The notes below the pieces were generated by a model. It was not told the origin of the DNA. It ran no database searches and saw only the letters and a list, made by a program, of their open reading frames with translations. Shown one piece after another: positions 10,668 to 20,705 of a DNA stretch of 64,000 bases. The translations under genes and the position numbers were made by a program. The DNA comes from Candidatus Bathyarchaeota archaeon (GTDB lineage: Archaea; Thermoproteota; Bathyarchaeia; Bathyarchaeales; Bathycorpusculaceae): contig CAVTBV010000012.1 of the NCBI GenBank assembly GCA_963733095.1, positions 32,001-96,000 of the forward strand. The letters run 5' to 3'. Numbering within the stretch: position 1 is the first letter of the stretch; every line of letters begins with the position of its first letter.

Positions 10668-11783
10668 CTAACTATCAGGACAAGTCGATAGAATACTTCT
10701 TTCAATAAAGTCATTAAATTCAGTAGCGGTTTTATCCCAGGAAAAAGCCCTAGAATACTCCAACGCATTGCTGCTCAATCTCTTCAACAACTGCTGATCT
10801 TTTAATACACCAATTATCGTCTCAGCCAGATTTTCAAAATCGCCTTTTTTCACTAACAGACCTGTTTCATTATCTTTAATACTGTCACGTAACCCAGGCA
10901 CGTTATAAGCAACTGCAGGAATCCCCAATGCATTTGCTTCAATAATGTTTAACCCCCAACCTTCACGAAGCCCGGGATTAATTAAGACGCTACTCTTTCT
11001 TATGAGATTTCTACGATTAAGATTATCTAAGGACCCAAAAAAAGTTACCCCTTTTCCAGCCATGCGTTCTAATTCCTCCCGTAGAGGGCCAGTACCTATA
11101 ATCCATAACTGGGCCTCCGGCATCTTTTCTCTTATAATTTTAAAGGCTTTGATCGCATGATCAGGTCTTTTTGTACGTTTCAAACGTCCGGCGAATACAA
11201 TAATAGGCTTGAATTCTTGATTTGAGGTATTCTCTAATGGCGCAAAGCCCAAGCCTTCAGGAACGACAAAGATGTCTTTGAAACCCAATGCAGTTAAATC
11301 GAATTGCGTACTCTCAGAGACTGTAGCAGTTGGCACTTTTACATATTGCCGTAACCACCTATTTTCGAGATAATAGTAGCCCAAGTAACTAAACGGAAAA
11401 GGCGCCTCGTAAAACCAGTATTCTCTGGCCAACTGATGTATCAAAGCAATGACTTTTGTTTTTTTCTGCACAAAATTGGGTGCAAAAAAAGGTCGAGTAT
11501 TGATTTCATCAACAACAACGTCAAAACCGTTTACTTTATTCTCTTTTTCGTAAAAGCTTCTAGCCTTTCCATAGACTGAAAAACGGCCGCCCAAACGAAC
11601 AATTTTGACACCTTCAGACATTTCTTCTTTTTTACAACCGGTGAACTCCGAAGTAAACAATGTAACATCATGTCCATATCTCACCCATCGACTGGCGACC
11701 TCTCGGGTAAAAACTTCTGCACCACCCATGGCTGGATTTATCCAGCAACGCCAATTCAACCACAATATTTTGAGATTTTTCAT
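10668..11783 (-). CDS. Glycosyltransferase family 4
   Basis: NWRCWINPAMGGAE, FAGRLKRTKR, REGWGLNIIEANALGIP. Confidence 0.92.
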   Translation of the reverse strand: MKNLKILWLNWRCWINPAMGGAEVFTREVASRWVRYGHDVTLFTSEFTGCKKEEMSEGVKIVRLGGRFSVYGKARSFYEKENKVNGFDVVVDEINTRPFFAPNFVQKKTKVIALIHQLAREYWFYEAPFPFSYLGYYYLENRWLRQYVKVPTATVSESTQFDLTALGFKDIFVVPEGLGFAPLENTSNQEFKPIIVFAGRLKRTKRPDHAIKAFKIIREKMPEAQLWIIGTGPLREELERMAGKGVTFFGSLDNLNRRNLIRKSSVLINPGLREGWGLNIIEANALGIPAVAYNVPGLRDSIKDNETGLLVKKGDFENLAETIIGVLKDQQLLKRLSSNALEYSRAFSWDKTATEFNDFIERSILSTCPDS

Positions 11784-12560
11784 TTAGTTTTCCCGAAGAA
11801 TGAATGAAACCATGTTTTGAAAACCATTTTTTTCTGCAAGTGGCTGTTTATACCAGTGGATAATCCGTAGTCTGTAGGCTATTCCAAGTAAATCTACGAA
11901 CATGCGCCACATCTCTTTGGGCTTGAATTTGGCGTCTAATTTGATATTTACAGGCATTTCTACAACCTTTAAACCATAAAGATTGGCTACGGCTAACAAC
12001 TCAACGTCGAAAGCATAACGTTTCACGGCTAATCTGGGAAAAATGTTGATGAACGCACTCTTTTTCATTGCTTTAAGCCCAGACTGGGTATCTTTTAGGG
12101 GGACTCCTGTAAGAAGGCGAACTAAGCCATTGAAAGTCTCACTTAAAATTTTTCTAGAAAATGGTACTTCTACGTGTGAGTTGCTATGTCTTTTAGAAGC
12201 TATAACAATATCCCCGTGTTTAAGTGCTTCAAGGTATTTTGAAATTGTTCTCAAATCGATTTCCATATCGCCATCTGCAAAAATAACAACACTCCCAGCA
12301 GCTTTCATGAACCCAGTCTTAACAGCATATCCTTTTCCTACGTTTTTACTATAACTAACTACTCTAACATGACCATTTTTCCCGGCATATTTCTTCGCTT
12401 TCGCTAAAGTCTTATCTGCACTACCATCATTAACTACCAAGATTTCATAGGTCAAATTCTTATCCATAACAATAGCGTCAATCGATCCAAGTGTCTCTTC
12501 AATAAATTCCTCCTCGTTGTATGCTGGAACAACGAAGGATAATTCTACTTCTTGAATCAT
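11784..12560 (-). CDS. GT2, dolichol-phosphate glycosyltransferase-like
   Basis: VVPAYNEE, VNDGSAD, GKGYAV, FADGDM, DTQSGLK, AFDVELL. Confidence 0.9.
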   Translation of the reverse strand: MIQEVELSFVVPAYNEEEFIEETLGSIDAIVMDKNLTYEILVVNDGSADKTLAKAKKYAGKNGHVRVVSYSKNVGKGYAVKTGFMKAAGSVVIFADGDMEIDLRTISKYLEALKHGDIVIASKRHSNSHVEVPFSRKILSETFNGLVRLLTGVPLKDTQSGLKAMKKSAFINIFPRLAVKRYAFDVELLAVANLYGLKVVEMPVNIKLDAKFKPKEMWRMFVDLLGIAYRLRIIHWYKQPLAEKNGFQNMVSFILREN

Positions 12561-12808
12561 TAAACCGCCCCCGCTATGTCAGATTCTTTTCCATACTTAA
12601 TAAAGCAAACAAGCTGCAAAATGACCCCAACGACCAAAGCATAAAAGGCATAGATAGCGATAGAGTCAGCAAAATAAGATAACCCCGCTGTTAATGAAAA
12701 TGCAGCACCAATCAAAAGGAGCATAAATACAATTATAAATGGGGAGCCCCAATTCTCAACAACATAACTTTTCGCTTTGCAAATAATTTTGTTACTACAG
12801 ATATTCAT
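12560..12808 (-). CDS. Small 2-TM membrane protein
   Basis: 82 aa with two hydrophobic helices; 1-nt overlap with the downstream GT2. Confidence 0.75.
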   Translation of the reverse strand: MNICSNKIICKAKSYVVENWGSPFIIVFMLLLIGAAFSLTAGLSYFADSIAIYAFYALVVGVILQLVCFIKYGKESDIAGAV

Positions 12809-12910
12809 GATGAATACACTGTTTTTTCCAGTAGTTACAAATGTAAAGCTTGAGATTTAACAGTTGCCATAAACCTATCACATTTAATCGCAGGAAATTA
12901 TTAAAAGCCT

Positions 12911-13306
12911 CTATCGTTTGAACACTTTAGTATTATTTATTTCCATTGTGCCTACGAAAGAAATAAATGAAGCATCAACTGCCCAAGTAACTGCTGAAGT
13001 ATTCCCTAGTCTTTGAGCGATTGAACTTATTTTTTGGGCAATGGTCAAACCGATTTTTTTCAAACGTATTGAAAAGCTACCTTTCATAGAATTCTCCAAC
13101 TTGCCTGCAAGCATAAGCATACTTTTTGCTAATTTGGAACTTCGAATGTTTACTACGAGTTTTATCGTTAAATCAAAGAGTACTCTGTCGATTCTTTGTA
13201 GTGCTTTGAACCATGCTCCTGAACGCACGGCTTTTTTCTTCAGATTCAATAGTTGTTTTTTATTGAGGAAGGAGGAACACTTGCAATTAAGGGTAGCCTT
13301 AAGCAT
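12911..13306 (-). CDS. Hypothetical basic protein
   Basis: 131-aa Lys/Arg-rich ORF co-oriented with the cluster. Confidence 0.65.
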   Translation of the reverse strand: MLKATLNCKCSSFLNKKQLLNLKKKAVRSGAWFKALQRIDRVLFDLTIKLVVNIRSSKLAKSMLMLAGKLENSMKGSFSIRLKKIGLTIAQKISSIAQRLGNTSAVTWAVDASFISFVGTMEINNTKVFKR

Positions 13307-13540
13307 TGTTAATTTCCTGTTTTGTCGGGATGTTTTTAGTAAAATCCGATTTGTAAGTATTTATAAATTGCGCATATTAAATCAAGAACATCTTCGAGAG
13401 CTCGGGGACCAGATTAACATTTAGATGCAACCTTACTCGAAATTTATCAGTTAATCAAGCAGAGATTTTTGAAGAATCAATGGAAATTCAAACTTTCTTC
13501 AAAAAGTATAATGGACATAATTTCTAATCAGATATCAAAT

Positions 13541-15087
13541 TTATTGCTGACTCATATTGTAAGTGTAAATGGCAATATCTCCACTATGATAAACTTCGGT
13601 AAATAAAGAGGGCAGAGTTGGTTGTCATACCACCCTGCCCATTAACCCACCAAATAAGGTATAATTGTAATTGCCTTCCCTGCAAGGCTGATTAAGGCCG
13701 CATGGTCAGGAGCATCAAATCCATAATTTATTACTTGAGTCTCATTAAGCGTTAGTAATGCCCAACTGTAAAACACCGTATGTGCAAGCAAAAGCGTGGT
13801 GCTATGTTTCGTTATTTTTGAACCATTGTAGGGCATTGGCGGTATTTTGCAATCGGTTATTGATATTGTATTTTGTAGCATCGAAGTAGGAATTTCATAA
13901 GAATAACCATTGAAATACGCAGGATTAAAGTATGAGAATGGATGTTGAGGAACATGAAAATATAACCGAAGCTCAAAATCGCTGTCGACAAGACGAGATA
14001 CAGTATTACAATCCTGCTGAATGGAAACCTTATAATGTATCCATCTAGTTGACTTGAGCTTGCTGAGAGCATCTGTTCCACAAAAGGCAAGTGGATAAGT
14101 AAGCAGTAATACCCAACGATAAGGACTTACAGAAGCGATCGGCACCACCATCAGAATTAAGCTAAAAAAAGCCAGGAACCAAGTTGAAGATTTCTGAAAC
14201 GCCACATGCCAACCAGTGCTATGGGCAGGATAAGCAAGAAGCAATACAAGAACAAACCTCCCGTGCTTTCAACATAGACTGGTATGAAGGAAAGCCAGTC
14301 CAAGTTCGCTAAGGTGATTCAACATTGGTTGAGTAGTTAACAGACCAACTTCACCACATCCTTCTAAGTAAACGATCAAAAAATAAATCAATGCAGGCAA
14401 AGAAACTGCCGTCAGTTTAATGGAATTATAAAAATCTTTACGCAACAAGTTATTGAGCAATTGTGAAAACAACAACCCCAAACATAAGTACTGATACAAG
14501 TTGATGAGACAACGCAACCATAACCATCGCAGCAAAAATAACAACATAATTTTTCCATGACCATATCTTTCTTATTGATATTAACATTAATACAATAAAA
14601 AAGAAAACCAAACCAAGCTCTTCTCGAAGTTGATCCCAAGAGGCTCTTAGGGCAACAAAATAAAGTGCCCCCAAGAAAGAAACAAACACACTTTTTGTAG
14701 GAAGACCAACCCAAGCCCCTTTTTGCATACTGCATACATTGATAGACCCAAGAGACCAAGCAAAATAGGTGAAATCATTTTAAGGACATAAACAGGTGAC
14801 CCACCAATACCCACTAAAGCCATGAAAATGGACATAGAACAATGGCGCAGTTGCAAGGAAAGTACCCAAGTTTGCACCATTATGTAGCCATAGCAAAGTA
14901 TTCGGAACATAAAACCCCATCGTGTCAAATCCAACTATATATGGGCCCATTAAAATCTCAGGAATGGTTCTCACAGCAAAAGGTATTAGAAAGGCCATCA
15001 GCGAGGAAGAATATATCGATTTCGGGTAAGCCCAATTCTTTCAATTGAAGCACAATTTTTAGCCACTTTAGCATTCTCCAACGTCAT
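13541..15087 (-). pseudogene. Multiply frameshifted polytopic membrane protein (GT-C-like)
   Basis: Overlapping fragments in different frames (GPYIVGFDTMGFY, LRASWDQLREELGL, PYRWVLLL, IPTSMLQNT, ...EVYHSGDIAIYTY*) join into one membrane protein from ATG 15087 to TAA 13541. Confidence 0.75.
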
Positions 15088-15191
15088 AGCAATCATTTGT
15101 CAATAGACTCTTTAGTCTCCAGCCTAAATGCCTTACGCTTATAAAATAAACAAGTTGGCGATACGTTGGAAATTAAAACTCAAGTACTTAG

Positions 15192-16703
15192 TTATGGGTT
15201 GTTCTGTATAGCATATTTTGCGGCGTCTAAAATCAATCCATTCGCATTGGATCCGATGTTAGCCAGTTGGGTTCCATCTTCACAGAGACCCTCGAAGTAC
15301 CCATTTGATGGAACAGGAAGAGCCTTCTCAAGATAGACATTCATATTGTAGGCGTAGGTTGTATTATAAATTGCAAGAAAGCCAATTGCTATCTTTGTAT
15401 AAATTATGGGACTAATGTCAAAAGGCTGGTTTGTCTCGTCTAAGATTACCCACGTCCGATTGTCAGGCATAACTACCCATTCATATGTCCAGTGGTCTGA
15501 AAGGGAAGGCCCTTCGCTAAACGCACGATATACACCTGTAGCGTTGTAATATGCCTCATGAGCTAAATACACTTGGCGCATTATAGTCATAAGCTGAGAA
15601 TTATTGTTATTAAGTTCAAAAACGGAGCAGAGCAATGGATCACCTAAGATTGCCGGCGATAGGTAGCGAGACATTGTTGGTTGTGACTGTGCCAGAAGAG
15701 AGCATATTGGTCAGTACTCTGTCTGGTGCCCCAGAAAGCTGGCTGGGCCAAAAACTTGCAAACCCACTGTCATAATAGTAAGAGTAAATACTGGTTGATG
15801 AAAGACTTTGTCCGAATAAATGATGGTACTAAAGCGTCATAGTTTGATCGGTTATTATTTTGCCCATAAAGAACTATATCATTTATGCGTTGCAGCTAAA
15901 CTAGTGTTAAAGGTTCTAAGATTATTCAGGGCAACCAATAATCGACCAGTATCAACAATGTCAACCGGACTCGTAGCTGAATCTGATCTATCGTGATAGT
16001 CTTTTCCGTCACTTGATTGATAGAACCAATATGGATAACTGGCATTGTTTAGTTCTCGTGTTTCAAGAAATTGGACGACCTTTTCTAAGCGTGCGCTTGA
16101 ACCCCAAGGGCCATCAGTACCTATCAAGCCTGTCGCGTTAGCATTCATAACGGCTTGAATGTAAACGCCTAAATCCCAATCAGTAAAATAGGGAAAATCT
16201 TTTCCTGAATTAGGAAGCCCAGTAGTGGCATTAACACCTATACCTGGCTGGAAATAATTCCAAGCATTTGCTGCCACCTGCTGCCACGCGGAACTATTCA
16301 TCGAGGGGTTGGACTGTATTGTGCCTGGAGCTTTGGGAGCAACCGCTTGCACTATACTGGTACCCAATCCGTTAAGGAACCTTGAAATTTGAGAGACTCG
16401 GTCTGGTGTGGCTGGTGGTGTGGTGCTTTGGGGTTGGGCGGTTGGTGAAGCAGTTGGATTTTCGGTACTAATCGGTAAGACATTATTGTTATTTTGGTTT
16501 CCTTTTGGTAAGAATGCAAAAACAGAAACTAGCACTATAAATATTATTGCTAAGGATAGAACATATTTTATTTTCTTACTAAACTTTAAGGGATTAAGGC
16601 TAAAAATTTTTCTTTTAGTGCCATTTCCTATTGGAGGCATAGAAAATGCATGTTTCCAGAGCGGGAGTGAACGGCACCTTGTGTAGTTTAACATTGATTT
16701 CAT
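15192..16703 (-). pseudogene. DUF3131-family membrane-anchored glycoside hydrolase-like protein, frameshifted at about 15660-15880
   Basis: AANAWNYF...NATTGLP...YFTDWDLGVY, DTGRLLVAL; the C-terminal part (ORF 15192-15674) has AFSEGP and NGLILDAAKY. Confidence 0.7.
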
Positions 16704-16945
16704 AATGATCCGCGTTCCAGGTTTTTGTTCATCGCGATTTCCCTATCCAGTTGACCGCCCACTCATCGGTACAAACAACTATTGTTTTATGTATTGAGAT
16801 CGATTTAAAATTATGCCAATATATTATTTAGCAAAGATGTTGAATTATTTAGCAATTATTTATTTAAGAGAATTTTGATAAAAAAATTCAAGAATTTTTA
16901 TGGATTAAACGTAAGCAATGCCAAAATTAGGAAACTATATCATTT

Positions 16946-18193
16946 TTAAACGACAAGGTTAGGTCCCGTGGAGCCTTGCTTAGCTGTTTTTGTCCAATCT
17001 CGTTTTGTTCTAAAGATCAGTTTTAGGAATGCCCAGCCTGCGATGAACATCTGAGCAAGCCAGTAAATGTAGATGAAGGGTATCCAGAGGATGTTTTTTG
17101 GTTTAATTGGTTTTTCTGATGCTGCTAAGCCGATCCCGATTGAAACTAATGAGACAGCTGTTAATGCTATCACTAATCCGGTGAAGTTTAAGACTGGGTT
17201 GCTTTGAGAGAGGAAAAGGGCAACGAAGAACCAGTTTATGTAGCTCAGTAGCGAAACTACCATCATGAATGGTCCAGCCATAGAGATTTCAGCGTCAATG
17301 GTTCTTTTGTTTAGGTTGTCGAGGAGACGCCCATATTTTATGGCTGTTTCCATGTATCCCCGGTACCAACGAACCCGCTGCTTAAACAAGGGTCTAATGG
17401 TGCTTGGTGTTTCCTGTCCCGAGCAAACGTCTGGGGCATATTTTACAAGATGCTTCTTTTCGACTAGACGCAAGGCTAGTTCCACATCTTCTGTTAAAGA
17501 ATTCTCATCCCACCCGCCTAACTCTTTGACTATGCTTGTCCTGACGAATTGGCAGGTTCCGTTAAGAGGAATGAATAGTTGCAGTTTTTCTCGACCTGTG
17601 AGCAAGGCTTGGAACCAGGCTTTTTCTTCCATCGCGATCACTCTTGTGAGGGCGTTTGTTTTTTCGTTACTTGAAGTCGTTCTTCCTTGGACCGCCACCA
17701 ATTTTTTATCACTCAGGTGTGAAGCGACTTTTGTTAGGACATCTTTTTCTGGGAGACTGTCTGCGTCAAAGGTGCCTATTATTTCGCCGTTAACGTATTG
17801 TAGGGCTAGGTTGAGGGCTGCGGGTTTGCCTTTGACTGTTTTTTCACATATGACTTTGATGTTTTCAGGATATCTCTCCTCGAATTCGGAGCATATTTTG
17901 AATGTGTTGTCGACAGATTTTCCATCTACGACAATTATTTGCATTTTATCTTTTGGGTAATCCATGTTTAAAATGCCATCTAGGCAGCGACGGATGACGG
18001 ATTCTTCGTTTTTGGTCGGCACAATTATTGAGAATTTTGGGAATTCTGCAATATGGTTTTCTGTTGACGCAGCCACTTGTTTTCGTTTACCTCTAACACC
18101 GATGTAAATTATGGAACCGTTGTAGACGGTCCAAAAAAGCAGCACTGCCAGAAGAACTGTTGTTATGATGTCAAAGACTATCATAGTATCCAA
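16946..18193 (-). CDS. Processive-type GT2 (cellulose synthase/PgaC-like)
   Basis: N-terminal TM, GKPAALN, FDADS, SLTEDVE, QRVRW (QxxRW), C-terminal TMs. Confidence 0.9.
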   Translation of the reverse strand: MDTMIVFDIITTVLLAVLLFWTVYNGSIIYIGVRGKRKQVAASTENHIAEFPKFSIIVPTKNEESVIRRCLDGILNMDYPKDKMQIIVVDGKSVDNTFKICSEFEERYPENIKVICEKTVKGKPAALNLALQYVNGEIIGTFDADSLPEKDVLTKVASHLSDKKLVAVQGRTTSSNEKTNALTRVIAMEEKAWFQALLTGREKLQLFIPLNGTCQFVRTSIVKELGGWDENSLTEDVELALRLVEKKHLVKYAPDVCSGQETPSTIRPLFKQRVRWYRGYMETAIKYGRLLDNLNKRTIDAEISMAGPFMMVVSLLSYINWFFVALFLSQSNPVLNFTGLVIALTAVSLVSIGIGLAASEKPIKPKNILWIPFIYIYWLAQMFIAGWAFLKLIFRTKRDWTKTAKQGSTGPNLVV

Positions 18194-18587
18194 CCTTTTT
18201 CAATTTTTTACTGGATACCATGACGAGTTGGCAAAATGCAAGAGTTATCACTGATTGTATTGCAAAATAATTGCCAATGTTAGAACCAAACCTGAATAAT
18301 CTAGGTTTGCGAAGGACGATAGATCTATTTTTCATTACGTTCTCTCTTATGCTTGTCTAAACTTTTTAAGTTTTGTATTCCTAGAGCTACTAAGCGTTAG
18401 GCTTTTAAACCCACTGTTTAGAACAGCCGAGATAAAAAAGTATCTGAATAAACCCTACTTATTTACCTCATAAGTCGAAGACAAAATGACTTTTCGGTCA
18501 GAAATAAAGGGCAGTAATTGTTATCATAAGATTGCATTTTCAAGAAAACTTAAAGGAGCCATCCTAATAATACTTGCAGGAAGCATA

Positions 18588-19508
18588 ATGCGCAGATTTT
18601 TGTTGTTTTTGTTGATTTCAGGCCTGTTTTTGGCAGTTTGTTTTGGCGGCACCAACGGAGTTTCGGCTCCAAGTCAGGACGACTATTCGCTGGCGCTCCA
18701 AGGGTTCGTCTGGAACCACACCACACTAAAGGCGCTTGTTGTAAGTGCCTACAATGAATCCTGGTGGAACCCCGACGACCTAAACACTACACTTCGCGCC
18801 ATAGGACAATGGAATGACGCCATAACAGCCTTTTCCTCAAACTTCTCCGACTTTTCATACCTATCCAGCCTAAGCATTCAGCCTACAGTTTCAAACGAAA
18901 CGCAATCAGGGTTCGACATATACATCAATTGGACTCAGTCTCCGTTTAGCAGTGGAGATGAAGTTGGACTTTCACAAATTTTTCCAGACTATAGAGGCAC
19001 CATTTTAAACTGCACAATCAACCTTGCAGCACAAACAAACCACGGAGACGCATTAAACGAGGGAGACCTGCAGAATGTTGCCCTCCACGAGTTGGGACAC
19101 AGCTTTGGCTTAGGGCACAGCAACTACACAGGTGACTTAATGGCTCCATATTATACCTTAGGAGGCCCCGCTGAATCCGTTTCCACGCTAGATGTCTATG
19201 GAGTTGCCACACTTTTTGGCTGGGAACAGAATACAACAAACTTTTATCCAATAGATGGCTGGTTGAAGGAAAATTCAGTCAGTTTACCAACGGAAATGGC
19301 GTATCGAGGATTACCTGTTTCGCCTGAAAATGCGCGTCCCCAAACGCTTGCAGACAACCCAGTCGTTCAAACCTTAGTTTTGATGTTCGAGATTCTGATT
19401 CATCCAGAAATCTTCGCCTTCGCCATGTTGTTCATCGTTGTTTTAGTTTTAGTTGCCTTGATTCCCAGAAGAAGAAAGCGTGTTGAGCCGTTTAGGGCTG
19501 GCTCATGA
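18588..19508 (+). CDS. Membrane-anchored matrixin (M10) zinc metalloprotease
   Basis: HELGHSFGLGHS plus Met-turn LMAP; signal peptide from ATG 18588; C-terminal TM followed by RRRKR. Confidence 0.88.
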   Translation: MRRFLLFLLISGLFLAVCFGGTNGVSAPSQDDYSLALQGFVWNHTTLKALVVSAYNESWWNPDDLNTTLRAIGQWNDAITAFSSNFSDFSYLSSLSIQPTVSNETQSGFDIYINWTQSPFSSGDEVGLSQIFPDYRGTILNCTINLAAQTNHGDALNEGDLQNVALHELGHSFGLGHSNYTGDLMAPYYTLGGPAESVSTLDVYGVATLFGWEQNTTNFYPIDGWLKENSVSLPTEMAYRGLPVSPENARPQTLADNPVVQTLVLMFEILIHPEIFAFAMLFIVVLVLVALIPRRRKRVEPFRAGS

Positions 19509-20106
19509 ATTCTATGAAGTCTTTGAGGCTTCTAGGCTGCAGGGTATAGTTTGTCCTTCGTTCATCTCCAATAGTTGAAGAAGGCTTAACTCCATAGTCG
19601 TGTCCAGGATAAACTTCCACGCTGTCGTTGAGTTTTAGTAGTTTGTTGAATAGGCTCTCGTACATGCTCTTTGTGTTGCCGCCAGGAAAATCTGTTCGTC
19701 CGCATTCACCAACAAACAACGTGTCACCGGTCAATAACTTTTGGTTATCTACAAGCAGGCAGATACTGTCGGTTGTGTGCCCCGGTGTATAGATGACTTT
19801 TATAGAAATTTTACCGACACTTAGCACATCGCCGTCCTCTACTGGAATGTCAAAGGGTACTTTTGATTGTTTATGCGCAACCAATTTCGTTCCAAAGATA
19901 GACTGCAATTCCGTGTTGCCGACAGTGTGGTCTGAGTGCCCATGGGTGTTTATGACGTATTTTAGCTGCAACTTTTGGTTTTTAATAACTTTAATTATTT
20001 CGTCGGCGTTGTAGCTTGAATCAACAACTGCTGCTTCTTTGGTTTCTTCATCAGCTATTATGTATGAGAAATTGTCGCTGTGCTGTTGGATTTGTTTAAA
20101 AAACAT
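19492..20106 (-). CDS. MBL-fold metallo-hydrolase (glyoxalase II/ETHE1-like)
   Basis: THGHSDH, TPGHT, TGDTLF, GRTD, YPGHDY. Confidence 0.92.
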   Translation of the reverse strand: MFFKQIQQHSDNFSYIIADEETKEAAVVDSSYNADEIIKVIKNQKLQLKYVINTHGHSDHTVGNTELQSIFGTKLVAHKQSKVPFDIPVEDGDVLSVGKISIKVIYTPGHTTDSICLLVDNQKLLTGDTLFVGECGRTDFPGGNTKSMYESLFNKLLKLNDSVEVYPGHDYGVKPSSTIGDERRTNYTLQPRSLKDFIEFMSQP

Positions 20107-20109
20107 GTT

Positions 20110-20577
20110 TTAGACCTCGTTTTGTTCTTTTCTTCTTTGAACAAGCCATTTTCTGGCTAAGTCTTGACCTTTTTTGGTGTATATGAGGTTGACGATTTTG
20201 TCCCAGTCAAAGCCTACCCGAGCATTGTAGTAAGGATATTCTTCTGGAGAAAACATAACCAGATTATCTGAATCGTAAAGTGTTCGGAAGGGTTCCGATG
20301 GGTTATCTGGATGTTCATGGTGGGTACTGATGATTTCACATACCTGTTTGATGAAGGAGTCTGGGCAACCCAATTCTTTCAGTATGCTGGTTGTTATTTG
20401 TGGCCCTTTTTGGTATTGTTCTTTTATTGTGCTTCCGCCGATGTCATGAAAAATGATTGCGGTGAAAGTTAAGTCTTTGTTTTCTGGTTTGACTGGGAAG
20501 TTTTGGTTTGCGATGTCGAAGACGCGTTTGGTATGTGACACTCCAAAATCGTTTTTTTCCAAGTACGGCGTCGCCAA
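20110..20577 (-). CDS. HD-domain protein
   Basis: HTKRV, FHDIG, THHE, DSD; the true start may be ATA at 20601. Confidence 0.82.
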   Translation of the reverse strand: MATPYLEKNDFGVSHTKRVFDIANQNFPVKPENKDLTFTAIIFHDIGGSTIKEQYQKGPQITTSILKELGCPDSFIKQVCEIISTHHEHPDNPSEPFRTLYDSDNLVMFSPEEYPYYNARVGFDWDKIVNLIYTKKGQDLARKWLVQRRKEQNEV

Positions 20578-20705
20578 TTCAAACAGCTTGCCAGTGCTTA
20601 TTCTGCTTCACCTATCTGTCTATACATAATTTTTTTGGATTATTTTAGCAGTTTGCTCCCTTTCTGCTTATTTCCCTCTTACATTCTTGGGGGTTGAGGC
20701 AAAAT

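Noticed and set aside
16810-16870. Short direct repeat ATTATTTAGCAA x2 upstream of the DUF3131 gene
   Set aside because: It lies in very AT-rich DNA, so chance cannot be excluded, and no cognate regulator is evident
17265-17960. 231-aa plus-strand ORF and many other antisense ORFs (e.g. 41567, 42953, 51127, 63031, 63512)
   Set aside because: They are shadows of well-supported genes on the opposite strand and carry no motifs
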